Source of the DNA: a virus | DNA length: 21,284 nucleotides | IMG/VR virus record: IMGVR_UViG_2597490295_000013 | Coordinates: 1-21,284 of that record | Strand: one strand, 5' to 3' | Part shown: positions 1 through 8,924 of the stretch, in pieces | Position numbering within the stretch: the stretch's first letter is position 1 | How the letters are laid out: each line of letters begins with the position of its first letter | The notes under the pieces: generated by a model | The model's database searches: none | What the model was told of the DNA's origin: nothing | What the model saw: only the letters and a program-made list of their open reading frames with translations | Translations under genes and position numbers: made by a program

Positions 1-17
1 ATCCCATATGGAACCTC

Positions 18-419
18 CTAACTTTCTGCTATAATCTCTATTTTTTGATTAAGTAATTTTTCTAATTCCGCGACTGTATACTGTTTTACTTCTTTTGGTC
101 TATTACCAATAATAATACCCCTTGAATTTTCATAATAAATTTCATTATTATTTTTATCAAATTCTCTTTTTATCCAAAATCTATCAGAATCTTCAAAATA
201 AATTTGATTATTATTTTTATCAAATTCTTTTCTGAACCAATACTTATCAGAATTTTCAAAATAAATTTCATTATTACATTCATCATATTCTCTTTTTGTC
301 CAATAATCATAAGAATTTTCATAATAAATTCGATTATTATTTTCATCAAGTATTTCAAGATAATCATCAAAATATTTTATAGTATATTCTCCTATTAAGT
401 CTATTCCTTTTAATTTCAT
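18..419 (-). CDS. 21-aa repeat protein (D-x-NNN-x-IY[YF]ENSDxYWxKREF, 4 units), paralog 1
   Basis: ORF with AGGAG RBS below the promoter at 449-477; clear internal repeats; paralogous to 7149-7475 and 17167-17478. Confidence 0.85.
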   Translation of the reverse strand: MKLKGIDLIGEYTIKYFDDYLEILDENNNRIYYENSYDYWTKREYDECNNEIYFENSDKYWFRKEFDKNNNQIYFEDSDRFWIKREFDKNNNEIYYENSRGIIIGNRPKEVKQYTVAELEKLLNQKIEIIAES

Positions 420-448
420 AATTTTCTCCTTTTCTTATTTCTATATAT

Positions 449-477
449 ATTATATCATAAATAAAATAAAAAGTCAA
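449..477 (-). promoter_or_regulatory. sigma-A/70 promoter
   Basis: TTGACT-17bp-TATAAT with extended TG, followed by ATATATAGA. Confidence 0.85.
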
Positions 478-495
478 TAAAATTTATTGACTTTT
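468..495 (-). terminator. Intrinsic terminator whose stem contains the next -35
   Basis: AAAAGTCAATAA-ATT-TTATTGACTTTT hairpin spanning the stop of 484-726. Confidence 0.6.
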
Positions 496-726
496 ATCTT
501 TATTCTTTTCTATTAATTCTTTTAAATTTTTATTGCTTTTATTCGCAAATAAAACTAAGATGCTTGCTGAAATAAAACAATATATTACTGCAACTACAAA
601 TGTCATCGGCGGACTCATAACAATAATTCCCGCAAATACGAATCCAAATAAAATACTTATATCTAATGAGTTCCTACCAAAAAACGATAACATAAATGCT
701 GTCATAATCCATACATAAAAAAACAT
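484..726 (-). CDS. Small membrane protein
   Basis: AAGGAGG RBS; 2-3 hydrophobic segments and a basic tail. Confidence 0.8.
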   Translation of the reverse strand: MFFYVWIMTAFMLSFFGRNSLDISILFGFVFAGIIVMSPPMTFVVAVIYCFISASILVLFANKSNKNLKELIEKNKDKSQ

Positions 727-741
727 AAATCCTCCTTATTA

Positions 742-871
742 AAATTGAGTCACTACCTAACAGCACTCCTATGGAATTACCCAATGGTCTGTCGACTATC
801 TTGCGATTTAAGTCTCAAGGTTTCTGGTTTGTAATGAGCTACTATAACCCTTTTTTCACTTTTCTCAATTT
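742..871 (-). ncRNA. Candidate structured RNA / cis element
   Basis: GC-enriched intergenic stretch with no ORF start; closing AAATTGAG/CTCAATTT stem, ATC-GCAA-GAT hairpin, GACAG/CTGTT and TCATTAC/GTAGTGA pairings. Confidence 0.45.
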
Positions 872-895
872 ATAAACTATTTAGTAAATTAAAAT

Positions 896-1120
896 TTATC
901 TTAATTCCTCTTTAGTAACTGTTATACAATATCCTTCAAAATGCCATTGAATACAATACTCATTTTCATTATCAGTTATAACTTTAAAATCATCATTATA
1001 ACGTACGCCTTCACTCGCTAATCTCAATGCATATAAAATTGCATCTTCAACATTTTTAAATATAAATACTTGATTATCTGTATTTCTCCAATTACAATTT
1101 ACCGCATATACATATTCCAT
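896..1120 (-). CDS. Hypothetical phage protein
   Basis: AGGAGGT RBS, TAA stop. Confidence 0.8.
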   Translation of the reverse strand: MEYVYAVNCNWRNTDNQVFIFKNVEDAILYALRLASEGVRYNDDFKVITDNENEYCIQWHFEGYCITVTKEELR

Positions 1121-1135
1121 AAAGTTACCTCCTTA

Positions 1136-1408
1136 TTAATAAACAATAATTTCATAACCTTTTTCAAGAATTTCTTCTTTTGTTTCTTCTGCAATTTCCC
1201 AATAAATAAAAAATTCTAATTCTTCATTATATTCTTCCGCTTGTTCGATGCTTCCTGTTTCTATGGCGTTCTCATAGCATAAACTATTGCCTAAAATAGC
1301 TATTTCCATTTCAGAAATATTGCCATTCATTAAATAATAATATGTTTCATCACTTTCGCAATAATTTGTAGAAACTTCAATTTTTATTATTTTAGTCATT
1401 GCAATCAT
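1136..1408 (-). CDS. Acidic hypothetical protein
   Basis: GGAGG RBS; very Glu-rich; start may be the ATG at 1399. Confidence 0.8.
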   Translation of the reverse strand: MIAMTKIIKIEVSTNYCESDETYYYLMNGNISEMEIAILGNSLCYENAIETGSIEQAEEYNEELEFFIYWEIAEETKEEILEKGYEIIVY

Positions 1409-1418
1409 CCTCCAAGTT

Positions 1419-2168
1419 TTACTTTCTTTTTATAATCATTTTTACATGAGTTTTTTCTTTTAATTTAATATTGAAATCTTTTTTAACAAATCTCTTTAAA
1501 AATCTAGGAGTATAATGTTTAATATAAATGATTTCATAATTTTCTGGTAATTCCGCAATTAATTGTTCTAGTGTTAATGGTAAATAATTTTCTTTTACTT
1601 CTCGATTCCAATTTTTAAGGTATCTATACTTTAATAAATAATGAATAAGATTTCTATTTAAAGCAATATCTCCCCAATTATCTTGAAAATCTTCTAAATT
1701 CCCATTATTTTTTTCTTTTACTTTCTTTACATCTTTTAAATTACTTGTTTTAATTTGTGAATCACTTATCATCATATCACGAATAACAATATACTTAGTA
1801 TCAATTTTTGTAAATACTTCATTCCAAAATTCCGTTGGATCCGCATAAGAGTATATTTCATGAATAATTGATGATAGAATCAAAGCACTATTTTTCGTTT
1901 TCTCTTGGCTTAATAAATCTAAATCATCTGTAAATGTAATATCACTATTTTGTTTTGCTCTTTCTAACATTTCCTTTGATATGTCATACCCTACATATTT
2001 ACATTCAGGAAGTAAAGATTGGATAAATTTTAATAGTGCTCCATCTGCACATCCATAGTCTAAGAAACTATCAGCTTTTATTTTTCTTAAAAAAAATGAT
2101 TTTTCATGTAAAGATTTTTTCATGCTATCTGTATAACTATTAATATCATTTATTTTAATTTTTGTCAT
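1419..2168 (-). CDS. Class I SAM-dependent methyltransferase-like protein
   Basis: Motif I FLDYGCADG, GYDISKEML, LSSIIHE; own promoter. Confidence 0.8.
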   Translation of the reverse strand: MTKIKINDINSYTDSMKKSLHEKSFFLRKIKADSFLDYGCADGALLKFIQSLLPECKYVGYDISKEMLERAKQNSDITFTDDLDLLSQEKTKNSALILSSIIHEIYSYADPTEFWNEVFTKIDTKYIVIRDMMISDSQIKTSNLKDVKKVKEKNNGNLEDFQDNWGDIALNRNLIHYLLKYRYLKNWNREVKENYLPLTLEQLIAELPENYEIIYIKHYTPRFLKRFVKKDFNIKLKEKTHVKMIIKRK

Positions 2169-2213
2169 TTCAACACTTCCTTTATTTTTTTACTTCTTTT
2201 AACTTCTATATAT

Positions 2214-2242
2214 ATTATATCATATATATAAAGAAAAGTCAA
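2214..2242 (-). promoter_or_regulatory. sigma-A/70 promoter
   Basis: TTGACT-17-TATAAT with extended TG. Confidence 0.85.
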
Positions 2243-2260
2243 GAGAATTTTCCCTTGACT
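2231..2260 (-). terminator. Intrinsic terminator containing the next -35
   Basis: AGTCAAGGG-AAAATT-CTCTTGACT-TTTCTTT downstream of the stop at 2272. Confidence 0.65.
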
Positions 2261-2271
2261 TATAGTAATTT

Positions 2272-2553
2272 TTATAACATTGCTATTTTTTCTTCTTCAT
2301 ATTTAATTTTAGATTCATTCGTTTTTATTAAAAAATTAATAATATTATTTCTTTCTTTTAAATCACCAGTAGATAATATTTTTGTATTACCTGCAACTGC
2401 ATTACCTGATACTGAAATTTGTAATTTACTAAACTTATCATCTTTTAAATTTTCTAAAACTTTATTATCTCTTTTAAGAAGTTCAATTTTATCTGTTGAA
2501 AGTTCATATTTTGTAATTTTATATTTTAAATCATCATATTCTTCATAAGTCAT
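2272..2553 (-). CDS. Hypothetical protein
   Basis: AGGAG RBS, tightly packed in operon. Confidence 0.8.
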   Translation of the reverse strand: MTYEEYDDLKYKITKYELSTDKIELLKRDNKVLENLKDDKFSKLQISVSGNAVAGNTKILSTGDLKERNNIINFLIKTNESKIKYEEEKIAML

Positions 2554-2555
2554 AG

Positions 2556-3071
2556 TTAATCTCCTTGTTTATTTAATATTTGAATTAATCGGTCTATAAC
2601 CGCATCATTTAATCCACCATCTATATTCGTAGAACTAGTAGCAGCAATCCTGTCTGTATAGCTTATTGTTCCCATAATTTCAATAACTTCGTCATCAACC
2701 ACTGCAAAAGATTCGATATTAGAATGATTATCAAGCCAAAATTGTATTTCTTCTCCTCTTGTCATAAGTTCATTAAATTCATAAGGAGTTTGATCTATAA
2801 CTTCACCTTTAAAATTTTTTAATTCTAATATATCTATACAAAATTTTAATCCAAACATTCGCCAAGAGGAAGAAATAACAACTTTGCATCCTGTTTCTTT
2901 TATTACTTTATTAAGATTCTCTACTAATTTAGGGTCTATATCTAATGCGAAGTTTTGTATTTGACTAAGAGATACATTCTGACTTCGTAGTTTTATTCTT
3001 AACATTTCTGCTTCGCATAATCTTATTGACGTATTTAAGACTCCATCAAAATCTAAAAATAAAATTTTCAT
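2556..3071 (-). CDS. HAD-superfamily hydrolase (Swiss-Army-Knife RNA-repair HAD type)
   Basis: FLDFDGVLN, VVISSSWR, RGEEIQFWL, FAVVDD motifs. Confidence 0.85.
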   Translation of the reverse strand: MKILFLDFDGVLNTSIRLCEAEMLRIKLRSQNVSLSQIQNFALDIDPKLVENLNKVIKETGCKVVISSSWRMFGLKFCIDILELKNFKGEVIDQTPYEFNELMTRGEEIQFWLDNHSNIESFAVVDDEVIEIMGTISYTDRIAATSSTNIDGGLNDAVIDRLIQILNKQGD

Positions 3072-3080
3072 ATTAATCTC

Positions 3081-3476
3081 CTATTTTCTAAATTTATTTA
3101 AATTTACTGAACCAGTACTCATTTTTTCTCTTTCTTCTTCTAATTTTACATATAATTCCATCATTTCATAAATAATTCCGTATAATGGTTCATGTGCTTT
3201 AACATCGAAAGTAACTCTGATAATAATTCTTGGTGTATCAATATTCTCTACATCAAGCATTCCTGTTTTAGTTTTCTTAATAACTTTAAATTCATAAGAG
3301 TCTCCAAAAGGAACTAAAATAGGTAATTTTAATACATCACCGATTTTCACACTTTTGTTCATATCTCCTTTCGTCATTGCAATTGCAGTGCTAAGCATTT
3401 TTTCAGTTTTCTTTAAAGTATTATTAAGTGTACCTAATTTTTCTTCCAATTCTTTGAATTTTTCACTTTTAGCCAT
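3081..3476 (-). CDS. Hypothetical protein
   Basis: GGAGG RBS; N-terminal coiled-coil-like region. Confidence 0.8.
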   Translation of the reverse strand: MAKSEKFKELEEKLGTLNNTLKKTEKMLSTAIAMTKGDMNKSVKIGDVLKLPILVPFGDSYEFKVIKKTKTGMLDVENIDTPRIIIRVTFDVKAHEPLYGIIYEMMELYVKLEEEREKMSTGSVNLNKFRK

Positions 3477-3485
3477 AATTCCTCC

Positions 3486-3713
3486 CTAATCCCATTCATT
3501 TAATTTTTTTCTTACATCATATTGAGTTTTTAAAAATAATAAACTCATTTCTAATTTATGATTTTTTAATTCAAGTTTTTCAACAAATAAATTAACATGA
3601 TGGTTTCTATTTATGCTTTCAAGAATTTCAATTTTTTCATTGTTAAGTTTAATTTCATTTCTTATTTTTTTAATTCTTTGTAAAAATTTTCTTTTTTCTT
3701 TATTAATGAACAT
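3486..3713 (-). CDS. Hypothetical coiled-coil protein (start revised to MFINKE)
   Basis: AGGAGG RBS precedes the ATG at 3713. Confidence 0.75.
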   Translation of the reverse strand: MFINKEKRKFLQRIKKIRNEIKLNNEKIEILESINRNHHVNLFVEKLELKNHKLEMSLLFLKTQYDVRKKLNEWD

Positions 3714-3714
3714 A

Positions 3715-3903
3715 TTATCCTCCTTTAACAAGATTAAAATGCTCTTTAAAGAAAACAGAGCCAGTTTCACAAATTACTTCTATATAACCAAATGGATCAG
3801 TTCTAAGTACTAAATCATTTTCAATTTCAAGTACAGTCCCAACAGAAATATACTCATGTATAAAGATGCCTGTTTCACATACTTTAGTGCAAATAGCTTT
3901 CAT
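3715..3903 (-). CDS. Hypothetical protein
   Basis: GAGG RBS, TAA stop. Confidence 0.75.
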   Translation of the reverse strand: MKAICTKVCETGIFIHEYISVGTVLEIENDLVLRTDPFGYIEVICETGSVFFKEHFNLVKGG

Positions 3904-3919
3904 TCTATTTCCTCCTATA

Positions 3920-4138
3920 CTAGTATTTTATTTTAGTAATGCTCTCTATTTCTATTTCTATTTCTATAATTCCTATTTCTTTTAATTTTTGTATTACTTC
4001 TTTTTCATCTATTGCATAAATAAGAAATTCTCTACCATTTACTAAAAAGACTTTATACTCATATCTTTTTCCTCTATTAATAGGTCTTCGTTTAATATGT
4101 TTCCTTAATTTCATTCTTCATTTTCTTTTACGCATCAT
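3920..4138 (-). CDS. Basic hypothetical protein, probably starting MMRKRK[TGA=W]RMKLRK
   Basis: The RBS-like GGAAGTG precedes the ATG at 4138, in frame with the track ORF via TGA at 4118-4120. Confidence 0.6.
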
Positions 4139-4147
4139 TTTCACTTC

Positions 4148-4297
4148 CTAAAGTGTATTGTCTTGTGATAGTAAAGCAATTATAACCACTCCTAATATTA
4201 ATATAATTAGTACACCAATAAAACTATCCATTAAAGCAATCATAAATACTATAAGTATAGATATTGTAAATATTAATAATCCTTTTATTAATTTCAT
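4148..4297 (-). CDS. Small two-TM membrane protein (start MKLIKG)
   Basis: AAAGGA RBS; hydrophobic. Confidence 0.7.
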   Translation of the reverse strand: MKLIKGLLIFTISILIVFMIALMDSFIGVLIILILGVVIIALLSQDNTL

Positions 4298-4310
4298 AAT
4301 AAATTCCTTT

Positions 4311-4448
4311 CTATTTTGTAAATAATGAATTAACAAATACACTTAATTTAAGAAACGTATATGAAAATCCAGCAACGAATAAATATAATCCAGTAATTGC
4401 CATACTACCTAATGTAATAAAAGTTAATACTATTCCTAAAAATTCCAT
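4311..4448 (-). CDS. Small membrane protein (45 aa, MEFLGIVLTF...), not in ORF track
   Basis: AGGAGGT RBS, TAG stop. Confidence 0.7.
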   Translation of the reverse strand: MEFLGIVLTFITLGSMAITGLYLFVAGFSYTFLKLSVFVNSLFTK

Positions 4449-4457
4449 AAATACCTC

Positions 4458-4637
4458 CTATTGTTTAATTATAACATTAATAATCATTAATTCTTGATTT
4501 AAAATATAAAATCTAGTTCTCATCTTTTGTTTAACTTCTTCATCTTTTGAAAAATCAATTCCTATTTTTATATTGCTTAAAATTCTTTCAATGAATGTTT
4601 TTCTTTTAAATAATTTATCTTTAAATTTTTTATGCAT
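4458..4637 (-). CDS. Hypothetical protein
   Basis: GGAGG RBS before the ATG at 4637. Confidence 0.7.
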   Translation of the reverse strand: MHKKFKDKLFKRKTFIERILSNIKIGIDFSKDEEVKQKMRTRFYILNQELMIINVIIKQ

Positions 4638-4649
4638 AATCAACCTCCA

Positions 4650-4811
4650 TTAATAAGTTGGAATATCCGACTTAAAACCGCATTTTAAACATTTTTGAGT
4701 CATATGAATTTGTACATATTTAATTCTTTTATCTTTAATTATCTTAATTGATAACTCTGCATATCTATTTCCAGTATAATACATTGGATTACCACACTTT
4801 GGACAATTCAT
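4650..4811 (-). CDS. Zinc-ribbon protein (53 aa, CPKC...CLKC), not in ORF track
   Basis: Two CxxC pairs; GAGG RBS. Confidence 0.75.
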   Translation of the reverse strand: MNCPKCGNPMYYTGNRYAELSIKIIKDKRIKYVQIHMTQKCLKCGFKSDIPTY

Positions 4812-4968
4812 TAGCGTGTTCCTCTCTTTCTATTTGTTCAATTACTGCTGTTAATTTATTAATTTGAATACCTATTTCTACTTTAACTCTATTACTTTTA
4901 CATTTACTTTTGCTATCTTTTAAATGTATCCTCATAATTTTTAGTTCATGTAGAATATTAAGTTTCAT
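4789..4968 (-). CDS. Hypothetical protein (59 aa, MKLNILHELK...)
   Basis: AGGAG RBS, TAATG overlap with upstream gene. Confidence 0.65.
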   Translation of the reverse strand: MKLNILHELKIMRIHLKDSKSKCKSNRVKVEIGIQINKLTAVIEQIEREEHANELSKVW

Positions 4969-5165
4969 TAATTTCTCTCCTTTTTATTTTCTATATCCTT
5001 TATTAATTTTATTTGCATAATTGTTGTATTGCATAATGATTCCCAATAACAATATTTGCATTTATTATTTGAATCTCTTTTATCATCTAAATATTTTCTA
5101 TTTTGTATACAAAATTCTGCTTGAGCCAATTTGAATATCTCACTTGCCTTAACTATTTTAGACAT
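4968..5165 (-). CDS. Small Cys-rich protein
   Basis: GAGGAG RBS; TTG start; C...CKYC...C. Confidence 0.7.
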   Translation of the reverse strand: MSKIVKASEIFKLAQAEFCIQNRKYLDDKRDSNNKCKYCYWESLCNTTIMQIKLIKDIENKKERN

Positions 5166-5219
5166 TCTTTTCTCCTCTTGGAAATTTTATTAAATTACTT
5201 TTTCCTTATTCCTATATAT

Positions 5220-5248
5220 ATTATATCATATTTATATAAGTTTGTCAA
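5220..5248 (-). promoter_or_regulatory. sigma-A/70 promoter
   Basis: TTGACA-17-TATAAT with extended TG. Confidence 0.9.
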
Positions 5249-5268
5249 TATGAATTATAAAAATTTTA

Positions 5269-5802
5269 TTATAATTTTCTATCTAATAATAATAATGCAA
5301 TTTTATTAGCTCTTGCTTCTAAAGGCAAATTCATGTATGTAGAACAAACTCTTTCATAAGACATTTCATTCTTTTCATAAAGAGTATTAATCATTTCTTC
5401 TATTTTTGTTTGAATTATATCATTCTTTTCATACTTGATTATGTTATTAATAAAATCTACCCAATGACCTAACTCATGTAATAACATAAATTCTAAAAGA
5501 TTGCATTTATTTTTAGCTTTATTTATTAATTTTATATCTTCTTTTATAACATTAGGTTCATTTTCTAATAAGATACTTAATTGAGCAGGTGAAATTATAA
5601 TTTTAGCAGAATATCTATTTAACCCTTTTTTCTTGCGTATATATATTTGAATATGAGAATATGAACATCCATCATAATCAATAAATATTCTAACATTCTT
5701 AAATAATTTATAATATTTCATTTTTAATTTAATACCAAGAATTCTTACTTTTATTATACTCCCAAATTTTATATAATAATCTTTCTTAAATTGTCTATTC
5801 AT
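5269..5802 (-). CDS. HExxH zinc metallopeptidase-like protein (ImmA/IrrE-like motif), paralog 1
   Basis: LLHELGHWVD...LEARANKIA; paralog of 20028-20561. Confidence 0.7.
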   Translation of the reverse strand: MNRQFKKDYYIKFGSIIKVRILGIKLKMKYYKLFKNVRIFIDYDGCSYSHIQIYIRKKKGLNRYSAKIIISPAQLSILLENEPNVIKEDIKLINKAKNKCNLLEFMLLHELGHWVDFINNIIKYEKNDIIQTKIEEMINTLYEKNEMSYERVCSTYMNLPLEARANKIALLLLDRKL

Positions 5803-5828
5803 ATTTCCTCCTTAACCTTTATATAACT

Positions 5829-5857
5829 ATTATACCACATTTATTTAGAACTGTCAA
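5829..5857 (-). promoter_or_regulatory. sigma-A/70 promoter (divergent pair)
   Basis: TTGACA-17-TATAAT with extended TG. Confidence 0.9.
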
Positions 5858-5932
5858 TACAAAGTGCAAACTATTTATTCCCAATTTCTGGAGAAAAATA
5901 CACCGACCAAAATTTTAGGTAAAAAATACTAT

Positions 5933-5961
5933 TTGACAAATTTATATAATTGTGATATAAT
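5933..5961 (+). promoter_or_regulatory. sigma-A/70 promoter (divergent pair)
   Basis: TTGACA-17-TATAAT with extended TG. Confidence 0.9.
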
Positions 5962-6015
5962 ATATATAGAAATAAAAGAATGCAAGAAAAAGAAAAATTT
6001 GGAAGGAAGTGAAGT

Positions 6016-6192
6016 ATGATAGAAAAATTTACATTTCAGCAAGCATTAAGTCAATGTACTGTATGTAAAATTAGTTTTAAGAACTATTATGGAGAGAAAT
6101 TAATTAACAGGAATAATAATATATTAATAATACCAAATCCTAATAAACCTAATAGTCCTGTGTTAATTGATACTAACTGGTATAAAATATAA
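6016..6192 (+). CDS. Hypothetical protein (58 aa, MIEKFTFQQALSQCTVC...)
   Basis: GGAAGTG RBS; first gene after the promoter; not in ORF track. Confidence 0.7.
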   Translation: MIEKFTFQQALSQCTVCKISFKNYYGEKLINRNNNILIIPNPNKPNSPVLIDTNWYKI

Positions 6193-6206
6193 ATAAGGAG
6201 GATATT

Positions 6207-6419
6207 ATGAAATTTATTGATGTAGAAGGAATTGAAGCAATGTTTATAACTATGGATAAAACAGAATTAAAGAATGCACTTAATGCTATAGCAATATTAT
6301 TAAAAAGAAATTTAGAAATAATGAAAGATGACTCTTCTGTTGAAATGTTGTTAGAATATGCAGAAACTTTCGCTGTTTATGCAATAGCACAAGATTTATA
6401 TTCTAAATTAGGACAATAA
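6207..6419 (+). CDS. Hypothetical protein
   Basis: AAGGAGG RBS. Confidence 0.8.
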   Translation: MKFIDVEGIEAMFITMDKTELKNALNAIAILLKRNLEIMKDDSSVEMLLEYAETFAVYAIAQDLYSKLGQ

Positions 6420-6420
6420 A

Positions 6421-6870
6421 ATGTTATATTTTAAGGATGAATTTAAAAAAGAATTCCCTAATATTCCTTTTAATCTAATAGATGAAGAGATGCATGATTT
6501 AATTTATATGCTTAATAAAATAGGATTAAAAACTCAGTTCTGTTGCCAAGGACACCAGAAGACAGAACCTAGTGTAATGTTCGCTGAAGAAGTGACAGAT
6601 GCACAAATAAAAGAATTTATGTGTCATCTCCCTAATATAGTTAAAATTGGTTCATTCTATAAATGAACAAGAGATTTAGGTGCGGAGATGATGGAATTGT
6701 TCGACCCCAAGAGAAAGGATACGATACTTAAGAATTGGTGTTGGCATCTCCCCGGTCCTAGTTTAACTAATAAAGCTACAATTATGGACATTCAAAAAAT
6801 AGTTAAAACAATTTCTGAAATATATGGGTTAGAAAGAGGAGTGGAGTATGAAAAAGAAAGTACTAGATAA
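6421..6870 (+). CDS. Hypothetical protein (149 aa) fused across an in-frame TGA; N-terminal ID...LN..GLKT.FCCQGH motif (weakly TYW3-like)
   Basis: Track ORFs 6421-6666 and 6688-6870 are in the same frame, separated only by TGA 6664-6666 (FYK-W-TRD). Confidence 0.65.
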
Positions 6871-7135
6871 TGAAATAAATATGAATAAAGTTAATTTATT
6901 TTTAGTTCATGTATATTATATTGTAGATAAAGATAGAGGAAAGCTTGAAGTAGTTGCGGTCAGAAATGAATTAGATGTTAAAAAATTAATTGCCGCATTA
7001 AGACAAAAGAAAAGAACTGTAATATTAGAATCGCGTATTAAAACTATGTATGATGTAAATGATATTACTATAGAATATATAATTCCACAATTAGAAGTTG
7101 AAGAAATAAAGATTATTGCAGTAATAGAAGAATAG
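6848..7135 (+). CDS. Hypothetical protein
   Basis: GAGGAG RBS, TAG stop. Confidence 0.75.
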   Translation: MKKKVLDNEINMNKVNLFLVHVYYIVDKDRGKLEVVAVRNELDVKKLIAALRQKKRTVILESRIKTMYDVNDITIEYIIPQLEVEEIKIIAVIEE

Positions 7136-7148
7136 GAGAAAATATATT

Positions 7149-7475
7149 ATGAAACTAAAAGGTATTGAATTAATAGGAGAATATACTATAGTATATTTTA
7201 CTGAAAGCTTTAGAATATTTGATGAAAATGATAATGAAATTTATTCTGAAAATTTAAATAGATTTTGGATAAAAAGAAAATTTGATGAATATAATAATAA
7301 AATTTATTTTGAAAATTCAGATGGTTATTGGGTTAAAAGAGAATTTGATAAAAATAATAATCAAATTTATTATGAAAATTCAAAAGGTATTATTGAAAAT
7401 AATAGACTAATTAAAGAATTAACAGTTGAACAAATTGAAAAACTATTAGGATGCGCTATTAAAATAATAAAATAG
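7149..7475 (+). CDS. 21-aa repeat protein, paralog 2 (3 units)
   Basis: N-terminus MKLKGIELIGEYTI nearly identical to 18-419. Confidence 0.85.
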   Translation: MKLKGIELIGEYTIVYFTESFRIFDENDNEIYSENLNRFWIKRKFDEYNNKIYFENSDGYWVKREFDKNNNQIYYENSKGIIENNRLIKELTVEQIEKLLGCAIKIIK

Positions 7476-7483
7476 GAGATATA

Positions 7484-7783
7484 ATGGATAATAAAACTGA
7501 ATACATCATTTGTGCAGCAATATGGGTACAAGATGGTAATAAATATGTGCATCAGCCAAAAAATGTAGAATCAGGATTTGTAGTTGCTGGATTTAGACAT
7601 TGTAATTGTTTTGTTACTCTTTTTATGCTTTATCCAAATAGAGAATATTTAAATATTTATGTTGATGGATTTTTAACAAGTCATGGAAGATTTGTAAAAA
7701 GAGATAAAGCTGCAGAAATTGCTTACCAATGTTGTCAAACGAATGAACGGAAAAAAATGTTATGTTCAGAAGATATTTATTAA
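7484..7783 (+). CDS. Conserved-looking phage hypothetical protein
   Basis: IICAAIW, GFRH, GFLTSHGRFV.R..A..IA, SEDIY motifs. Confidence 0.8.
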   Translation: MDNKTEYIICAAIWVQDGNKYVHQPKNVESGFVVAGFRHCNCFVTLFMLYPNREYLNIYVDGFLTSHGRFVKRDKAAEIAYQCCQTNERKKMLCSEDIY

Positions 7784-7969
7784 GCTGTGGTATTAAAAGT
7801 TGGGACAAAAACTATTAAAATGTGGTAAACAAATTCTGTTATAACCGTATTAAGCTATTAAAAAATATTATTGAATTTTATTGGAAAATAACTAGAAGTG
7901 ATTGAAAGAAGAACCATGTTCATAAAAAGAAAAATTCAATCACCACAAAAGATTATAAGGAGAAATATT

Positions 7970-8179
7970 ATGTGTAATGAAGATTGTAAAAATTGTAAAG
8001 AAGAATCTTTACCAGTTGAAAGATTAGAACCTAATAAAAAACATGTTATTGGAGTAGGAGTAGATACAGAATTAATTTCTGTTGGTGCTGAAGCACATAT
8101 TGCAATAGGAAATTTAATATTGGTAATTATTGTTGAAAATGAAAACGCAATTAGTTTAGAAATCATAACAGGAGATTAG
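7970..8179 (+). CDS. Hypothetical protein (start MCNEDCKNC)
   Basis: AAGGAG RBS before the ATG at 7970. Confidence 0.7.
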   Translation: MCNEDCKNCKEESLPVERLEPNKKHVIGVGVDTELISVGAEAHIAIGNLILVIIVENENAISLEIITGD

Positions 8180-8187
8180 GAGTTAAA

Positions 8188-8337
8188 ATGACTAGAAAAT
8201 CAAAAGCAAAAGTTATAGAAATGACTATGCCATTTAGAATTAATGAAAAGATAGTTATACCTAAAGATTTTATAGAAATAGATAGAGTGAATGAAGATGG
8301 ATGGATAATTGTAAGAGTAAAAAGGAAAGGAATGTAA
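8188..8337 (+). CDS. Hypothetical protein (49 aa)
   Basis: AGGAG RBS, TAA stop. Confidence 0.65.
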   Translation: MTRKSKAKVIEMTMPFRINEKIVIPKDFIEIDRVNEDGWIIVRVKRKGM

Positions 8338-8338
8338 T

Positions 8339-8503
8339 ATGTTAAAAAAATCATCAATAAAACTTACTGTAATATTAAGTGTTATATTTCTTGTTTATCT
8401 TATTGCTGCAACAGAAAGTTTATTAGCGGGAATTTCAATTTTTGGATTTTTCGCTTTGTTGATTATATCAATTGTACATGATATGCGGAAAATATATAAA
8501 TAA
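8339..8503 (+). CDS. Small two-TM membrane protein (54 aa)
   Basis: AAAGGA RBS; hydrophobic. Confidence 0.65.
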   Translation: MLKKSSIKLTVILSVIFLVYLIAATESLLAGISIFGFFALLIISIVHDMRKIYK

Positions 8504-8514
8504 GGAGAATAGAT

Positions 8515-8655
8515 ATGGGATTTTTAATAAATATAGGAATAACAATGATAATATTCTTAGCAATTTGGTTAATACCATATTATTCATGAAATATTACAGA
8601 AAAAAATTTAAAAAAAATAAAAAAAAAAGATTTAAAAAAAAATAAAAAAAAATAA
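8515..8655 (+). CDS. Small membrane peptide with in-frame TGA (8587-8589) and Lys-rich tail
   Basis: AAGGAG RBS; paralog of 8783-8887, with similarity continuing past the TGA. Confidence 0.55.
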
Positions 8656-8682
8656 AAATAAATTATAAAGGAGGAATGTATT

Positions 8683-8763
8683 ATGTTTATGGGAATATTA
8701 GTATTAATAGTAATAGTTGTAGTAGTTTTTGTTATAAGTTATCATTATCAAGATTATCTTTAA
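8683..8763 (+). CDS. Single-TM micropeptide (26 aa)
   Basis: AAGGAGG RBS. Confidence 0.55.
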   Translation: MFMGILVLIVIVVVVFVISYHYQDYL

Positions 8764-8782
8764 AATATAAAGGAGATATAAG

Positions 8783-8887
8783 ATGGAATTTTTAATAAGT
8801 ATGGGAATAGTAATAATAGTATTATTAGTAGCATGGTCAGTACCATATGGATTGTATCTAATTATAGAACATTTTTTTGAAAAATAA
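8783..8887 (+). CDS. Single-TM micropeptide (34 aa)
   Basis: AAGGAG RBS. Confidence 0.6.
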   Translation: MEFLISMGIVIIVLLVAWSVPYGLYLIIEHFFEK

Positions 8888-8924
8888 AAAATAAAATTTA
8901 TTTAAATTGTATTGGAGGTTAGTT

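Noticed and set aside
18-419. Repeat-protein paralogs as DGR template/variable regions
   Set aside because: Differences are not confined to adenines and no reverse transcriptase is present
8598-8660. Programmed frameshift in poly-A tracts
   Set aside because: No downstream alternative ORF; explained by a Lys-rich tail, and homopolymer length may be unreliable
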